From NCBI RefSeq assembly GCF_006345805.1, contig NC_043024.1:9610001-9674000 (forward strand): a stretch of DNA of 64,000 bases. The letters run 5' to 3'. Each line of letters starts with the position of its first letter. The first letter of the stretch is position 1. Shown here one piece after another: positions 1 through 11,035 of this stretch. Both the position numbers and the translations under genes were made by a program. A model generated the notes under the pieces. It made no database searches and was not told the DNA's origin. It saw nothing but the letters and a program-made list of their open reading frames with translations. The DNA comes from Octopus sinensis (lineage: Eukaryota).

Positions 1-752
1 GGATGAGATAGTGAAGATGCCGACGACCGCTCGGTTCAAAGTCTCTCTTGACCAGAAATGGCCTGAACTCTTTGTATGACCACTTTCCCCATACATAACT
101 CCCTGTTCCCCTACATGGCCTCACAACATCCTAAGCGGAAAGTATAACCTCTCGAAAGAGCTGTTCTTCACTCCTGCTCCAGAGCGTGGGCTGCGGGGTC
201 ACTCCGATAAGCTCTATCTACGACGATTTCATCTGAATCGAAGGAGAGGGGCTTTCTCCCTCCGGGTCGCGGATCCATGGAATAGGCTACCGGACGAGAT
301 GGTGAAGATGCCGACGACCGCTCGGTTCAAAGTCTCTCTTGACCAGAAATGGCTTGAACTCTTTGTATGACCACCTTCCCCGTACATAACTCCCTGTCCC
401 CTGACATGGCCCCACAACATCCTAAGCAGAAAGTATAACCTCTCGAAAGAGCTGTTCTTCACTCCTGCTCCAGAGCATCAGCTGCGGAGTCACTCTGAAA
501 AGTTCTATCTCTGACGACTTCATCTCAATCGAAGGAGAGGGGCTTTCTCTGTCCGGGTCGCGGATCCGTGGAATAAGCTGCCGGACGAGATAGTGAAGAT
601 GCCAACGACCACTCGGTTCAAAGTCTCTCTTGACCAGAAATGGCCTGAACTCTTTGCATGAACATCACCCTGTACATAACTCCATGTCCCCCTTACATGG
701 CCTTGCTTTTTGCTTTTTGAGCCAATAAAAACTGAATTGAATTGAATTGAAA
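1..752 (+). mobile_element. Tandemly reiterated 3' end of a CR1/L2-clade LINE (~290-bp period, ~2.5 copies), ending in AATAAA and an (AATTG)n tail
   Basis: Repeat units recur at ~5, ~296 and ~586. They translate to RGHSDKLYLRRFHLNRRRGAFSLRVADPWNRLP...FKVSLD, typical of a CR1 ORF2 C-terminus. Short tandem tail at 735-752. Confidence 0.75.
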
Positions 753-823
753 TGATTCTACCATCTCTCTGCTTTAAAACTTGTTATTAATTATTTATGT
801 TTTTCCTTTTTCAATCACACCAG

Positions 824-1071
824 CCATCGTCGGGGGTGAATTCCAGACGCCTTATCAACAACACATCCTGGAAGTCGCAACAACAAATGCGAAACCGAAG
901 AAGAAATTTTGCTAGCAACCGTGATTTCTCGAATCCGTCACTGTCAAAACGCAACCTTAACAACAGCACTTTGTCGTTGAAGTCAAAAAGTAGCCAGTTG
1001 TCATTGACGACCCGTCATTCTAACAGTTCGTTATCGTTAAACAGTCAAGGAAGAATGAAGCAACGTCGACC
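824..1071 (+). CDS. FYTTD1: FYTTD1/UIF-like protein, internal exon (first one visible; upstream exons lie outside the window)
   Basis: Pyrimidine tract plus cag acceptor; donor CC|gtgagt. Encodes the R/N/S-rich PSSGVNSRRL...GRMKQRR and joins the next exon in phase 2. Confidence 0.7.
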
Positions 1072-1636
1072 GTGAGTATGGTTGTTTGTTGTTTTTTTTT
1101 TTTGTTTTTTTGTCTTTTACTTGTTTCAGCCATTGGACTGTGGCCATGCTGGGGCACTACCTTGAAGCGTTTTAGATGAACATATCAACCCCAGTAATTA
1201 TTTTTAAGCCTAGTTAACTTTGCTAAAGCACTGAGTTTTGGGAATGAAAACAAACCAACACTGGTTCTCAAACAGCAGTAGAGGATGAACACAAATATAA
1301 GTTGGTTATATCGACCCCAGTGCGTAACTGGAACTTAATTTATCGACCTTGAAAGGATGAAAGGCAAAGTCGACCTCGGCGGAATTTGAACTCAGAACGT
1401 AATGCCAGACGAAATACGGCTACGCTTTTCGCCCGGCATGCTAACGTTTCTGCCAGCTCGCCACTTAGAACCATAGTGGAAGACACTGACCCAAAGTACC
1501 ACACAGTGGGATTGAACCTGGAACCATGTGGCATTTGGTTGGCAAGCAAACTTAAGACGGTGTCCTAATATGGCTACACAACAATAACCGAAGCTAAACA
1601 AAGAACCAATAGATGATGTTAACGATGTGTTCTAAT

Positions 1637-2580
1637 CATCATCATCATCATTGTTTAACGTCTGTTTTCCATGCTAGCAGTCTGATCTGGCAATGTTTCT
1701 ACGGCTGGATGCCCTTCCTAACGCCAACCACTATGAGAGTGTAGTGGGTGATTTTTATGTGCCACCTGCACAGGTGCCAGACGAGGCCGGCAAACGGCCA
1801 CGATCGGATGGTGCTTTTTACGTGCCACCAGCACGGGGGCCAGACGAGGCTAGCAAACGGCCACGATCGGATGGTGCTTTTTACATGCCACCGGCACGGG
1901 GGCCAGACGAGGCTAGCAAACGGCCACGATCGGATGGTGCTTTTTACATGCCACCTGCACAGGTGCCAGACGAGGCTGGCAAATGGCCACGATCGGATGG
2001 TGCTTTTTACATGCCACCTGCACAGGTGCCAGATGAGGCTGGCAAACGGCCACGATCGGATGGTGCTTTTTACGTGCCACCAGCACGGGGGCCAGACGAG
2101 GCTGGCAAACGGCCACGATCGGATGGTGCTTTTTACATGCCACCTGCACAGGTGCCAGACGAGGCTGGCAAACGGCCACGATCGGATGGTGCTTTTTACA
2201 TGCCACCTGCACAGGTGCCAGATGAGGCTGGCAAACGGCCACGATCGGATGGTGCTTTTTACGTGCCACCAGCACGGGGGCCAGACGAGGCTGGCAAACG
2301 GCCACGATCGGATGGTGCTTTTTACATGCCACCTGCACAGGTGCCAGACAAGGCTGGCAAACGGCCATGATTGGAATGGTGCTTTTTACATGCCACCGGC
2401 ATGGGGGCCAGATGAGGCTGGCAACGGCCACAGTCGGGTGGTGCTTTATACGTTCCACCGGCACGGAGGCCAGTCGGGGCGGCGCTGGTAACGGCCACGT
2501 TCGGATGGTTCTCTTACGTGCCACCGGCGCTGGTATCTCAGCTACAATTTCCATTGATGTTGAATGATTTCGATTTTCAA
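1637..2580 (-). mobile_element. SINE-like family C ((GAT)n-tailed) with an expanded internal 60-bp minisatellite at 1755-2370
   Basis: Shares the core GGAAGGGCATCCAGCCGTAG, the 3' end CCATGCTAGCATGGAAAACGGACGTTAAAC and a (GAT)n tail with ~20 copies, e.g. 4670-4917, 11378-11662, 12149-12345, 13774-14212, 32009-32309, 40277-40508, 45375-45559, 50160-50480, 60098-60457, 61705-62210, 62627-62895. Confidence 0.85.
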
Positions 2581-2648
2581 GTTGTAATTAGTGGAGCATA
2601 TGTTAATTAACCCGCCTGTAATTAAATATTAAATTTTTGTTGTTTCAG

Positions 2649-2717
2649 TTGGCGATCTACATCCATGCAAGACAGTCCATCAAAAATCATGACCATCAGT
2701 GTTCAAAACTCTTCTCG
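2649..2717 (+). CDS. FYTTD1: FYTTD1/UIF-like exon
   Basis: tttcag acceptor and CG|gtaatt donor, 69 nt, phase 2-2. WRSTSMQDSPSKIMTISVQNSS resembles the vertebrate FYTTD1 motif WRTSTT..ILTVSIDN (recalled from memory). Confidence 0.75.
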
Positions 2718-3244
2718 GTAATTTCTTTCTTTCATTCATTCTTTCTTTTCCCCTCCTTGTCCTCCTCCCTTGACCCCCGTCCTCAGGCTATGGAGGGGCA
2801 AGAGATCCCCAAAAAATTTCTGTTCAGGGGCTGCTGGGCTCCATCACTTCTTCAGGATCCATGATAAATGACTGCATGGCCTGAGCCACTTTGAGCGCAG
2901 TGTCAAAATACAGTCTCTAGTGCTGCTTCTCCTCTCCACCCTTGCCACACATGTTGAGAATTGCAAGAACAAGTTTATGACATCATGACTTGAATTTAAA
3001 TTGACCCTGAAGTCAAAAATCATCACGATGGTTGGTGGTGGGCCACACAGCTTGATAAAGCTACTATCTTTTTCACTATTGTACCTTACTAGTAGACTAA
3101 CCATGGTTGATCAGATGTTGGGGTCATTCCAGCCATGACTCTCCCATCTTTTTTAAAGACGTATGGAAATACATTCTCAAATGTAGTCTTTATTTGAGCC
3201 TGTCATTTGTGATTTACTGGGACATTTCTGTATCATGAGAGGAC

Positions 3245-3537
3245 ACCTAGAAATTTCCCCTTCGAGGCACAAGTCCGGTCAAGGTTGCTTAAGGAAGACC
3301 AGCAGTCATCCATGCATACCAGCCGCCCCTCTCCACTCCACCGATGTTATCTGAGGGAAAGGCAAAGGGGCCAATACAGTTTGGCACCAGTGGATGTCGC
3401 AACTCATTTCTACAGCTGAGTGAACCAGAGCACCATGAAATAAAGTGTCTTGCTCAAGAACACAACACAGCCTGATCCAGGAATCGAACTCACAACCTCA
3501 TATTTGTGACCCCAGCCCTCTAACCACTGAGCCATCA
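3245..3537 (-). mobile_element. tRNA-derived SINE (family E)
   Basis: The minus strand has A box (GGCTCAGTGG) and B box (GTTCGATTCC), then CTTGAGCAAGACACT (CORE-like). Its 3' part recurs at 61440-61570. Confidence 0.7.
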
Positions 3538-4381
3538 CTGTATCATACTTAATGTATATACAATGTTGGTAGGCCATTTACTTCAGTATTTATCCCGAGA
3601 TAATATCTCTTATTTATGGACTTTGATCTTTGTTGTGTTTTTAACATTGTAAGTCCTTTAAAAGTGTTATCTCTGGACAGATAGATACTGTGGCAACTGG
3701 CTTATCCACACTCTATATAGAGGCGTATATACGTCGTCACTGTCGTTATTGCCTGACCACCTATTTACCTGTCTCCTGTGTCCCTGCCTGTCACGAATTT
3801 GACAAGTCTTGTCCGTCCCACCCAGCATCTCTCTGCTTATTATAATCATTTGCTTTCTCCTTCAGAAAGGTTCTACATTCATAGCTTCTTTCTTTTTTTC
3901 TTTCTTGGTTTTCCTCTCACACCTGGAATTTCAACATTTCTTTATCCAGTTCTCACCATCCGTACACATCACGTGTGTCTGTACCAGTTCAGTCATGAAT
4001 ATCACCACATCTCATAACTCTTATTCCCAGGGTTTTTTTTTTCTCTCAGCACATTTGTGCTATGGTATTTCTTGGACACTAACATCGCACTCCCAGTGGA
4101 ACAGGGCCACCTCAAAGTGGTGAGAGCTGGCAGAATCATTTAAACGTTAACATGCTTTGTACTATTCAAAGGGCAGCAAAAGCATTTGGTGGCTTGTAGT
4201 CACACGTTTGGCACCAGCGACATATAAATAACAATACAAAGTTGGCTCTTTAAAAATCATTTGTCTTACCACCCCTGTTGTATTGTGAAACATGGACATG
4301 TTATGAAAGACTTTTTAAATTGTTAGGACAGTTCCACCAAAAGTGCCTTAATTGCATTTTAAACATTAGAGTTCTTTTACT

Positions 4382-4474
4382 TCAAACACAGATGTCCTTG
4401 CATCTGCAGGCATCACCTCAATTAAAGCTATGATTTTGAGAAACCAAATGAGATGGTGTGGCCATATTGTTCGT
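4382..4474 (+). mobile_element. RTE LINE fragment
   Basis: Translates to SNTDVLASAGITSIKAMILRNQMRWCGHIVR, the typical RTE post-RT motif (LRW.GHV.R). Confidence 0.65.
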
Positions 4475-4914
4475 AGCCGTATTTCGTCTGCAGTGCTTGG
4501 TGGTCCAAATCGGATGTGCAATCTATGTGGGTGTCTTTTCAGAACATAGTCTGGTTTAAAAAGCCACATCAGATTCTATGATGGTTCTAAGGTGTAGGTA
4601 CAGGAGGTGGTCAAACTCTGCATAAGGAGTAGACAACCACCATGTTTATAAATATATATATATATTGTGCATGTGGCACATAAAAAGCACCATTTGAGCA
4701 TGGTCGTTGCCAGTACCGCATGACTGGCCCTTGTGCCAGTGGCACGTAGAAGCACCTACTACACTCTGTAAAGTGGTTGGCGTTAGGAAGGGCATCCAGA
4801 TGTAGAAACTCTGCCAGATCAGATTGGAGTCTGGTGCAGCCATCTGGTTCGCCAGACCTCAGTCAAACCGTCCAAATCATGCCAGCATGGAAAGCAGACG
4901 TTAAACGATGATGA

Positions 4915-4951
<37 letters not shown>

Positions 4952-5301
4952 GCTGTACATAGCTTCCATATCCAGCACCCTTGTTTCACTATCGTGTTGA
5001 CATTCAAACCATGCACTGGTAGGAGGATGGAGGGAGATGTTGAAGAGGTTGGTAACAAACAAAGGAAGTAATTGAAGGAAGAGGAAATAACTCTTAATGG
5101 TTCTTTGTCTTCACCTAAATTATTTGTGTGTGTGTGTGTATCGGTATCTGCCTAATGCGTTCATGTGTGTCTCTCCGTAGGTATCTGGCTTTTCTGCTTT
5201 TCTGTCTGTCTCTCCCACAATAATAAATGTATGTGGCTGTGTATGTGTCTCTGTGTGTTTGTGCATGTATGTGTATCTATCTATGTTTATGTATGTTTAT
5301 G

Positions 5302-6268
5302 TGAAGCATGGAACAAACTGCCAGCATCAGTTGTTAGTTGTCGGAGCACTGCATCCTTCAAAACATCCATGCTTCCTGACACTCGCCAACACTACACCTG
5401 ATTTTCTCCCCTCTGTACACACGCAAGCATGTATCTGACTCATACATTGTTCACTTCCCAGACATTCGTACATTACTGCATATACTTTATACACACTTTT
5501 GACAAGTTGTGGTGCACCTGAGCACTGTATACAATAATTTCATTATTATTATTATTATTAAAATTATTAAATTTTCTTTCGGAAACATTTTTTCACGCTA
5601 AGAGTTGCTGAAGCATGGAACAAACTGCCGGCATCAGTTGTTAGTTGTCGGAGCACTGCATCCTTCAAAACTTCCATGCTTCCTGACATTCGCCAACACT
5701 ACACCTGATTTTCTCCCCTCCATACACACGCAAGCTTTCCAGACATTTGTACATTACTGCATATTCTTTATATGCACTTTTTGACAAGTTGTGGTGCACC
5801 TGAGCACTCTCTTACTCTTTACTCTTTTAGTTGTTTCAGTCATTTGACTGCGGCCATGCTGGAGCACCGCCTTTAATCGAGCAACTCGACCCTGGGACTT
5901 ACTCTTTTGTAAGCCCAGTACTTATTCTATCGGTCTCTTTTGCCGAACCGCTAAGTGACGGGGATGTAAACACACCAGCATTGGTTGTCAAGCAATGCTA
6001 GGGGGACAAACACAGACACACAAACACACACACGCATATATATATATATACATATATACATATATACGACGGGCTTCTTTCAGTTCCCGTCTACCAAATC
6101 CACTCACAAGGCTTTGGTCAGCCCGAGGCTATAGCAGAAGACACTTGCCCATGGTGCCACGCAGTGGGACTGAACCCGGAACCATGTGACTGGTAAACAA
6201 GCTACTTACCACACAGCCACTCCTGTGCTGTATACAATAATTTCATTATTATTATTATTATTATTATT
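5302..6268 (+). mobile_element. Two tandem CR1-like LINE 3' ends with (ATT)n tails; the second is interrupted by SINE A
   Basis: FFTLRVAEAWNKLPASVV...FKTSML. The tail GAGCACTGTATACAATAATTTC(ATT)n appears at ~5520-5560 and resumes at 6228-6268. Confidence 0.75.
5809..6228 (-). mobile_element. tRNA-derived CORE-type SINE family A, full length
   Basis: A box GTGGCTGTGTGG, B box GGTTCAGTCCC, CORE-like segment, internal (TA)/(TG) microsatellite and GAGTAAAA tail. Other copies: 8577-8987, 13127-13535, 29590-29945, 38402-38794, 55660-55985, 58991-59380, 62935-63252 (-); 15222-15590, 15763-16159, 16454-16812, 47595-47930 (+). Confidence 0.9.
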
Positions 6269-6320
6269 TTTTATGTTTTATAAATATTTTAAAATTCTCT
6301 TGTTTTTCTCCTCCCCACAG

Positions 6321-6363
6321 ACATCCTGCTAACCAACCTGTGCCCAATGTCAGACAGAGAAAT
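6321..6363 (+). CDS. FYTTD1: FYTTD1/UIF-like exon
   Basis: ctccccacag acceptor and AAT|gtaagt donor. Encodes HPANQPVPNVRQRN; phases are compatible (2 to 0). Confidence 0.75.
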
Positions 6364-6492
6364 GTAAGTTGGCTTTTTTTTCCCCCAGTGTTTCACTGTT
6401 TATGTTCATATTTTATCATAGAAACCAAACCAAATCAAACTGGAGCCTGGTTCAGCTCTCCAGCTTACCAGTTCCGGGTACACCGTCTAAAC

Positions 6493-6712
6493 CAGTGGTT
6501 TTCAACCAGGGTTCCGTGGAACCTTAGGGTTCCGCCAGTACAGTCCAGGGGTTCCGCAAGAAGTTACAAAACTGCTAAAATCGACAGTAATTTTTAATTC
6601 TCCTGCGGCAGATATGTGTGCATAAGACAATTAAATTATTGCACAGGGGTTCCTCGAGCCAGTGAAATGTTTTCTTGGGGTTCCGCTCCAGCAAAAAGGT
6701 TGAAAAGCACTG
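6493..6712. mobile_element. hAT-type MITE
   Basis: TIRs CAGTGGTTTTCAACC / GGTTGAAAAGCACTG; perfect 8-bp TSD GTCTAAAC at 6485-6492 and 6713-6720. Confidence 0.9.
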
Positions 6713-7195
6713 GTCTAAACCATTGAAAACGGACACAAAATGATGATAATGATACATATACACACACACACGCACACATTGTACTATCTATACATCACTA
6801 AATGCACATACTGTTATGTACACACTTTTTTCCATTTTCCCATTATTTATATACATTCACCTCACTATATTACACAGAAAATTTCATTTTAATGTTTCTG
6901 GGGTAAAACTGCTATTTGACATCAATAGACAGGTTTGTCACATGACAGGCAGTACAAATGAAGGGAGGTAATTTCATTAGTGCTATGGAATTCCTTCCCT
7001 TGGTCTACGAAGTGCGATGGTCACCTCTACAGATTATCTATAGAAATTATAGCCAGCACTTATTTAGGACATTTCATATCTGAGATCATCATCATCGTCG
7101 TCGTCGTTTAACGTCCGTTTTCCATGCTGGCATGGGTTGGACGGTTTGACTGATGTCTGGAGAGCCAGTGGCTGCACCAGGCTCCAATCTGATCT

Positions 7196-8022
7196 TATTT
7201 CTTTATTATTGCCCACAAGGGGCTAAACATTGAGGGGACAAACAAGGACAGACAAATGGATTAAGTCGATTACATCGACCCCAGTGCGTTACTTACCTTA
7301 TTTAATCGACCCCGAAAGGATGAAAGGCAAAGTCGACCTCGGCGGAATTTGAACTCAGAACGTAGCGGCAGACGAAATACCTATTTTTTTACTGCCCACA
7401 AGGGGCTAAACACAGAGAGGACAGACAAACGGATTAAGTCGATTACATTGACCCCAGTGAGTAACTGGTACTTATTTAATTGACCCCGAAAGGATGAAAG
7501 ACAAAGTCGACCTTGGCGGAATTTGAACTCAGAATGCAAAGACAGACGAAATACCTATTTCTTTACTACCCACAAGAGGCTAAACGCAGAGAGGACAGAC
7601 AAACGGATTAAGTCGATTACATTGACCCCAGTACGTAACTGGTACTTAATTTATAAGGTGGCGAGCTGGTAGAATCGTTAGCACACCCAGGCGAAATGCT
7701 TAGTGGTATTTCGTCTGCCACTACATTCTGAGTTCAAATTCCGCCGAGGTCGACTTTGCCTTTCATCCTTTCAGGGTCGATTAAATAAGTACCAGTTATG
7801 CACTGGGGTCAATATAATCGACTTAATCCGTTTGTCTGTCCTTGTTTGTCCCTTCTGTGTTTAGCCCCATGTGGGTAGTAACGAAATAGTTACTTAATTT
7901 ATCGACTCCTAAAGGATGAAAGACAAAGTCGACCTCGGCGGAATTTGAACTCAGAACGTAGCGGCAGATGAAATACGGCTACAAATTTCGCCCGACGTGC
8001 TAACGTTTCTGCCAGCTCGCTG
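7196..8022. mobile_element. Cluster of tRNA-derived SINE family B (Nin/Deu-like domain): three tandem minus-strand units plus one inverted copy, nested in a family C SINE
   Basis: A box TGGYAGAATCGTTAGC, B box GAGTTCAAATTCC, domain GCCTTTCATCCTTTCRGGGTCGAT..AAGTACCAG. The cluster is flanked by the duplication CCAATCTGATCT (7184 and 8023). Confidence 0.85.
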
Positions 8023-8299
8023 CCAATCTGATCTGGCAACGTTTCTACAGCTGAATGCCCCTCCTAACGCCAACCACTCCAAAACTGTATTTCTACTTAC
8101 TTACATACAGAGAGGTGGGGGGCCATGTTGCGAAACAAATCGAAAGATATGTCCCAGGTTTTATTTATTATTCTCACTGCATTAATTATGTTTATACAGA
8201 CTTGCTGGATGATGGGAGGTGGGGGCGGAGTTATATTTTGTTTCAATAAATTCTCCTAATTAATGATTTCACTAATTTATTAATTTCTTTTTATTTTAG

Positions 8300-8344
8300 T
8301 CTCTGAAATTCAACTTCACTTCTGGCCTTTATGTTCCTGGATCA
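8300..8344 (+). CDS. FYTTD1: FYTTD1/UIF-like exon
   Basis: ttttag acceptor and TCA|gtaagt donor, 45 nt. Encodes SLKFNFTSGLYVPGS (compare vertebrate PLQFDINS). Confidence 0.75.
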
Positions 8345-9057
8345 GTAAGTATTTTTTTATTCTATTCAACCATAAGGTTGTGGCCATGCTGGGGCACCGC
8401 TAGTATATTAATAATTTAATTACTCTTTTACTTGTTTCAGTCGCTTGACTGCGGCTATGCTGGAGCACTGCCTTTAGTCTTACAAATCAACCCCAGGACT
8501 TATTCTTTGTAAGCCCTAATACTTATCCTATCGGTCTCTTTTGCTGAACCGCTAAGTTATGGGGACATACACATATACTCTTTTTACTCTTTTACTTGTT
8601 TCAGTCATTTGACTGCTGCCATGCTAGAGCACCACCTTTAGTCGAGCACATCAACCCCAGAACTTATTCTTTGTAAGCCTAGTACTTATTCTATCGGTCT
8701 CTTTTGTCGAACTGCTAAGTTATGGGGACGAAAACACACCAGCATCGGTTGTCTAGCGATGTTGGGGGGACACACACACAAGCATATACACACGCATTCA
8801 TATATATATGTGTGTATGTATACAACAGGCTTCTTTCAGTTTCCGTCTACCAAATCCACTCACAAGGCTTTGGTCGGCACAAGGGCTATAGTAGAAAACA
8901 CTTGCCCAGGGTACCATGCAGTGGGACTGAACCTGGAACCATGTAGCTGGTAAGCAAGCTACTTACCACACAGCCACTCTTGCACCTATATATATATATT
9001 CGACGGGCTTCTTTCAGTTTCTGTCTATGAAATCCACTCACAAGGCTTTGGTCAGAA

Positions 9058-9452
9058 CAGCAGTTTTTAACATAATTTCTAGGTAACTAAACACTTTTAA
9101 ACTTCGTATACTGGTAGAATGTGTTTATAAAACATCTTTTTCTCTTGGCTTTATTGAGAAAATTCTATGGTTTGTAAGATATTTGTTGATTTTTTTCTTC
9201 AATTTCTGCAATTTCAACCAATCACTGACGTCTATTGAGGTGAAAACATTCTGTGCCGTATGAATATGTCCCTTGTTTAAGAAACAGATTGGGTTTATTT
9301 ACATTTGTGAAGAAAAAAAAAGATACCCTTCCCCCTACCCCTAACCCTAAAACAGATTGAAATGCAATAGATCGATACTAGGGTCATAATTATGGGTGAC
9401 AATTTCATATGATACTGCTAGAAAAAACTGCCGTTCAAACCGAAAAAATTCC
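9058..9452. mobile_element. Unclassified TIR element (GGATCTTTTCGGTTTGAACGGCAG ends), left end damaged
   Basis: Near-identical to the intact copy at 49656-50027 and the partial copy at 63855-64000; has internal CCCTAACCCTAA. A related family lies at 25950-26255 and 30267-30790. Confidence 0.7.
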
Positions 9453-9643
9453 AGATGCTAATGCTGAGAAGTTCAAAGATGGAATGATTAAATGTGGAGG
9501 GCCAGGTAGGGTTACGGGGGGGGGGTGTTAAGAACTAACTTTCTTCTCTACTCTCACCATTCTCTGTTTTTAATGTCTATCATCTTACATTTAAAGAAAA
9601 TTCTAAGCAGTAGATTGATGTTGTTGTTGTTGTTTTTTTGCAG

Positions 9644-9739
9644 ACCGGAGTTTCACTGAATGAGCGTTTCACATCAACCGATTCTTGCAACGATACCCCA
9701 GCCACGCTGGCTTACGGCGACAGGAAGGTCTTCTTCTGA
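9644..9739 (+). CDS. FYTTD1: FYTTD1/UIF-like terminal coding exon
   Basis: tttttttgcag acceptor. Encodes TGVSLNERFTSTDSCNDTPATLAYGDRKVFF*; TGVSLNERF matches the FYTTD1 C-terminal TGMTLNERF motif. Confidence 0.8.
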   Translation, partial: TGVSLNERFTSTDSCNDTPATLAYGDRKVFF

Positions 9740-10163
9740 GCAGAGCGGAACGCCTCTTCGTCTTGTTGTCGATGTTGTTGTTGTTGTTAAATCTGGCGGA
9801 TTAAGACGACTGCATCCTTGAGATTCCTCTATTTTTTGGCCAGCTTCACACACCACAACCCCCCTATACACACACACACACACACAAAAAAAAAACAAAA
9901 GAAAACAGACAAAATAAACTAAAATCCCAGACAAGGACATTGATCAACTAACAAGCATATTGGTGCAAATTTTCTATTTATTAATTTGGAACTATTTTGT
10001 AAAGTGTTTATAAATTTCTGAGCGTGGAGAGACTTAAAAATAATAAGAGAAAGAAAGAAAGAAATGGTTTTTATTTTCCAATTTAATCCTGTCTTGTCAA
10101 TGTTATTGCAATTGTTCTTGTTTTTTTTTTTTATCATTCATTTTCACATCTTACCTCTCTCGC

Positions 10164-11035
10164 TTACTTACTTGTTTGTACTTGCGGCGACATTCACCCT
10201 AGGCGGGTTGAGTCGGCTTCTTCTACTCATGGAAGAAGTTTCGTAGGAATATGTGGATTTCACAAGCGGTCCCCAACAATCCCGCATGTGGAGACATCCT
10301 GTTTCCCGCAGATTGTCTGCAGACGCAGGGACAGAACGACCGAGGGGCTGCCAGTTGCCAAAACAGACACTCCGAGGATTTTCACCAGAGCCCCGTCTGC
10401 TAGGTTGTGGCCCTACCAGGAACCGAAGTTCCTGATGGCCGTGAGAATATGTGGATTTCACAAGTGGTCCCCAACAAACCCGCATGTAGAGACATCCTGT
10501 TTGCCACAGTTTGTCCGCAGATGCAGGCACAGAACGACCGAGGAGCCGCCGGTTGCCGAAACAGACACTCCGAGGATTTCCACCAGAGCCCCATCTGCCG
10601 GGTTGTGGCCCTAATACCACTCGGTGTCAGACCAATCTGCCTTGGGTGGCCCTACCAGGAACTGAAGTTCCCGATGGCATAGCTCTGACACTATCCGTTG
10701 CCAGCGTCTCCACAACGGTGAGGAGGGGATGGATTTTGGGGACGCCTTCATTATCTACCTTTGGGTGCCTTTGGGGGCGCCTTCATTGTCCCCAACAATC
10801 CCGCATGTAGAGACATCCTGTTTGCCGCAGATTGTCCACAGACGCGGGGACAGAACGACCGAGGAGCCGCCGGTTGCCGAAACAGACACTCCGAGGATTT
10901 TCACCAGAGCCCCATCTGCCAGGTTGTGGCCCTAATTCCACTCGGTGTCAGACCAATCCGCCTTGGGTGGCCCTACAAGGAACCGAAGTTCCCGACGGCA
11001 TAGCTCTGACACTACCCGTTGCCAGCATCCCCACC
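10164..11035 (-). mobile_element. Multimeric RTE-derived non-autonomous element (RTE-like 5' head, body, (TAAG)n tail)
   Basis: The minus strand reads AGAGCTATGCC...TAGGGCCACCCAAGGCGG, resembling RTE/BovB 5' UTRs. The body occurs three times (~10247, ~10445, ~10790) and ends in CAAGTAAGTAAG. Confidence 0.65.

Noticed and set aside
1693-2554. 213-247 aa repetitive ORFs
   Set aside because: A 60-bp SINE minisatellite inside an intron; open in several frames.
9339-9352. Telomeric CCCTAA repeats
   Set aside because: Only about 2 units, internal to a dispersed TIR element.
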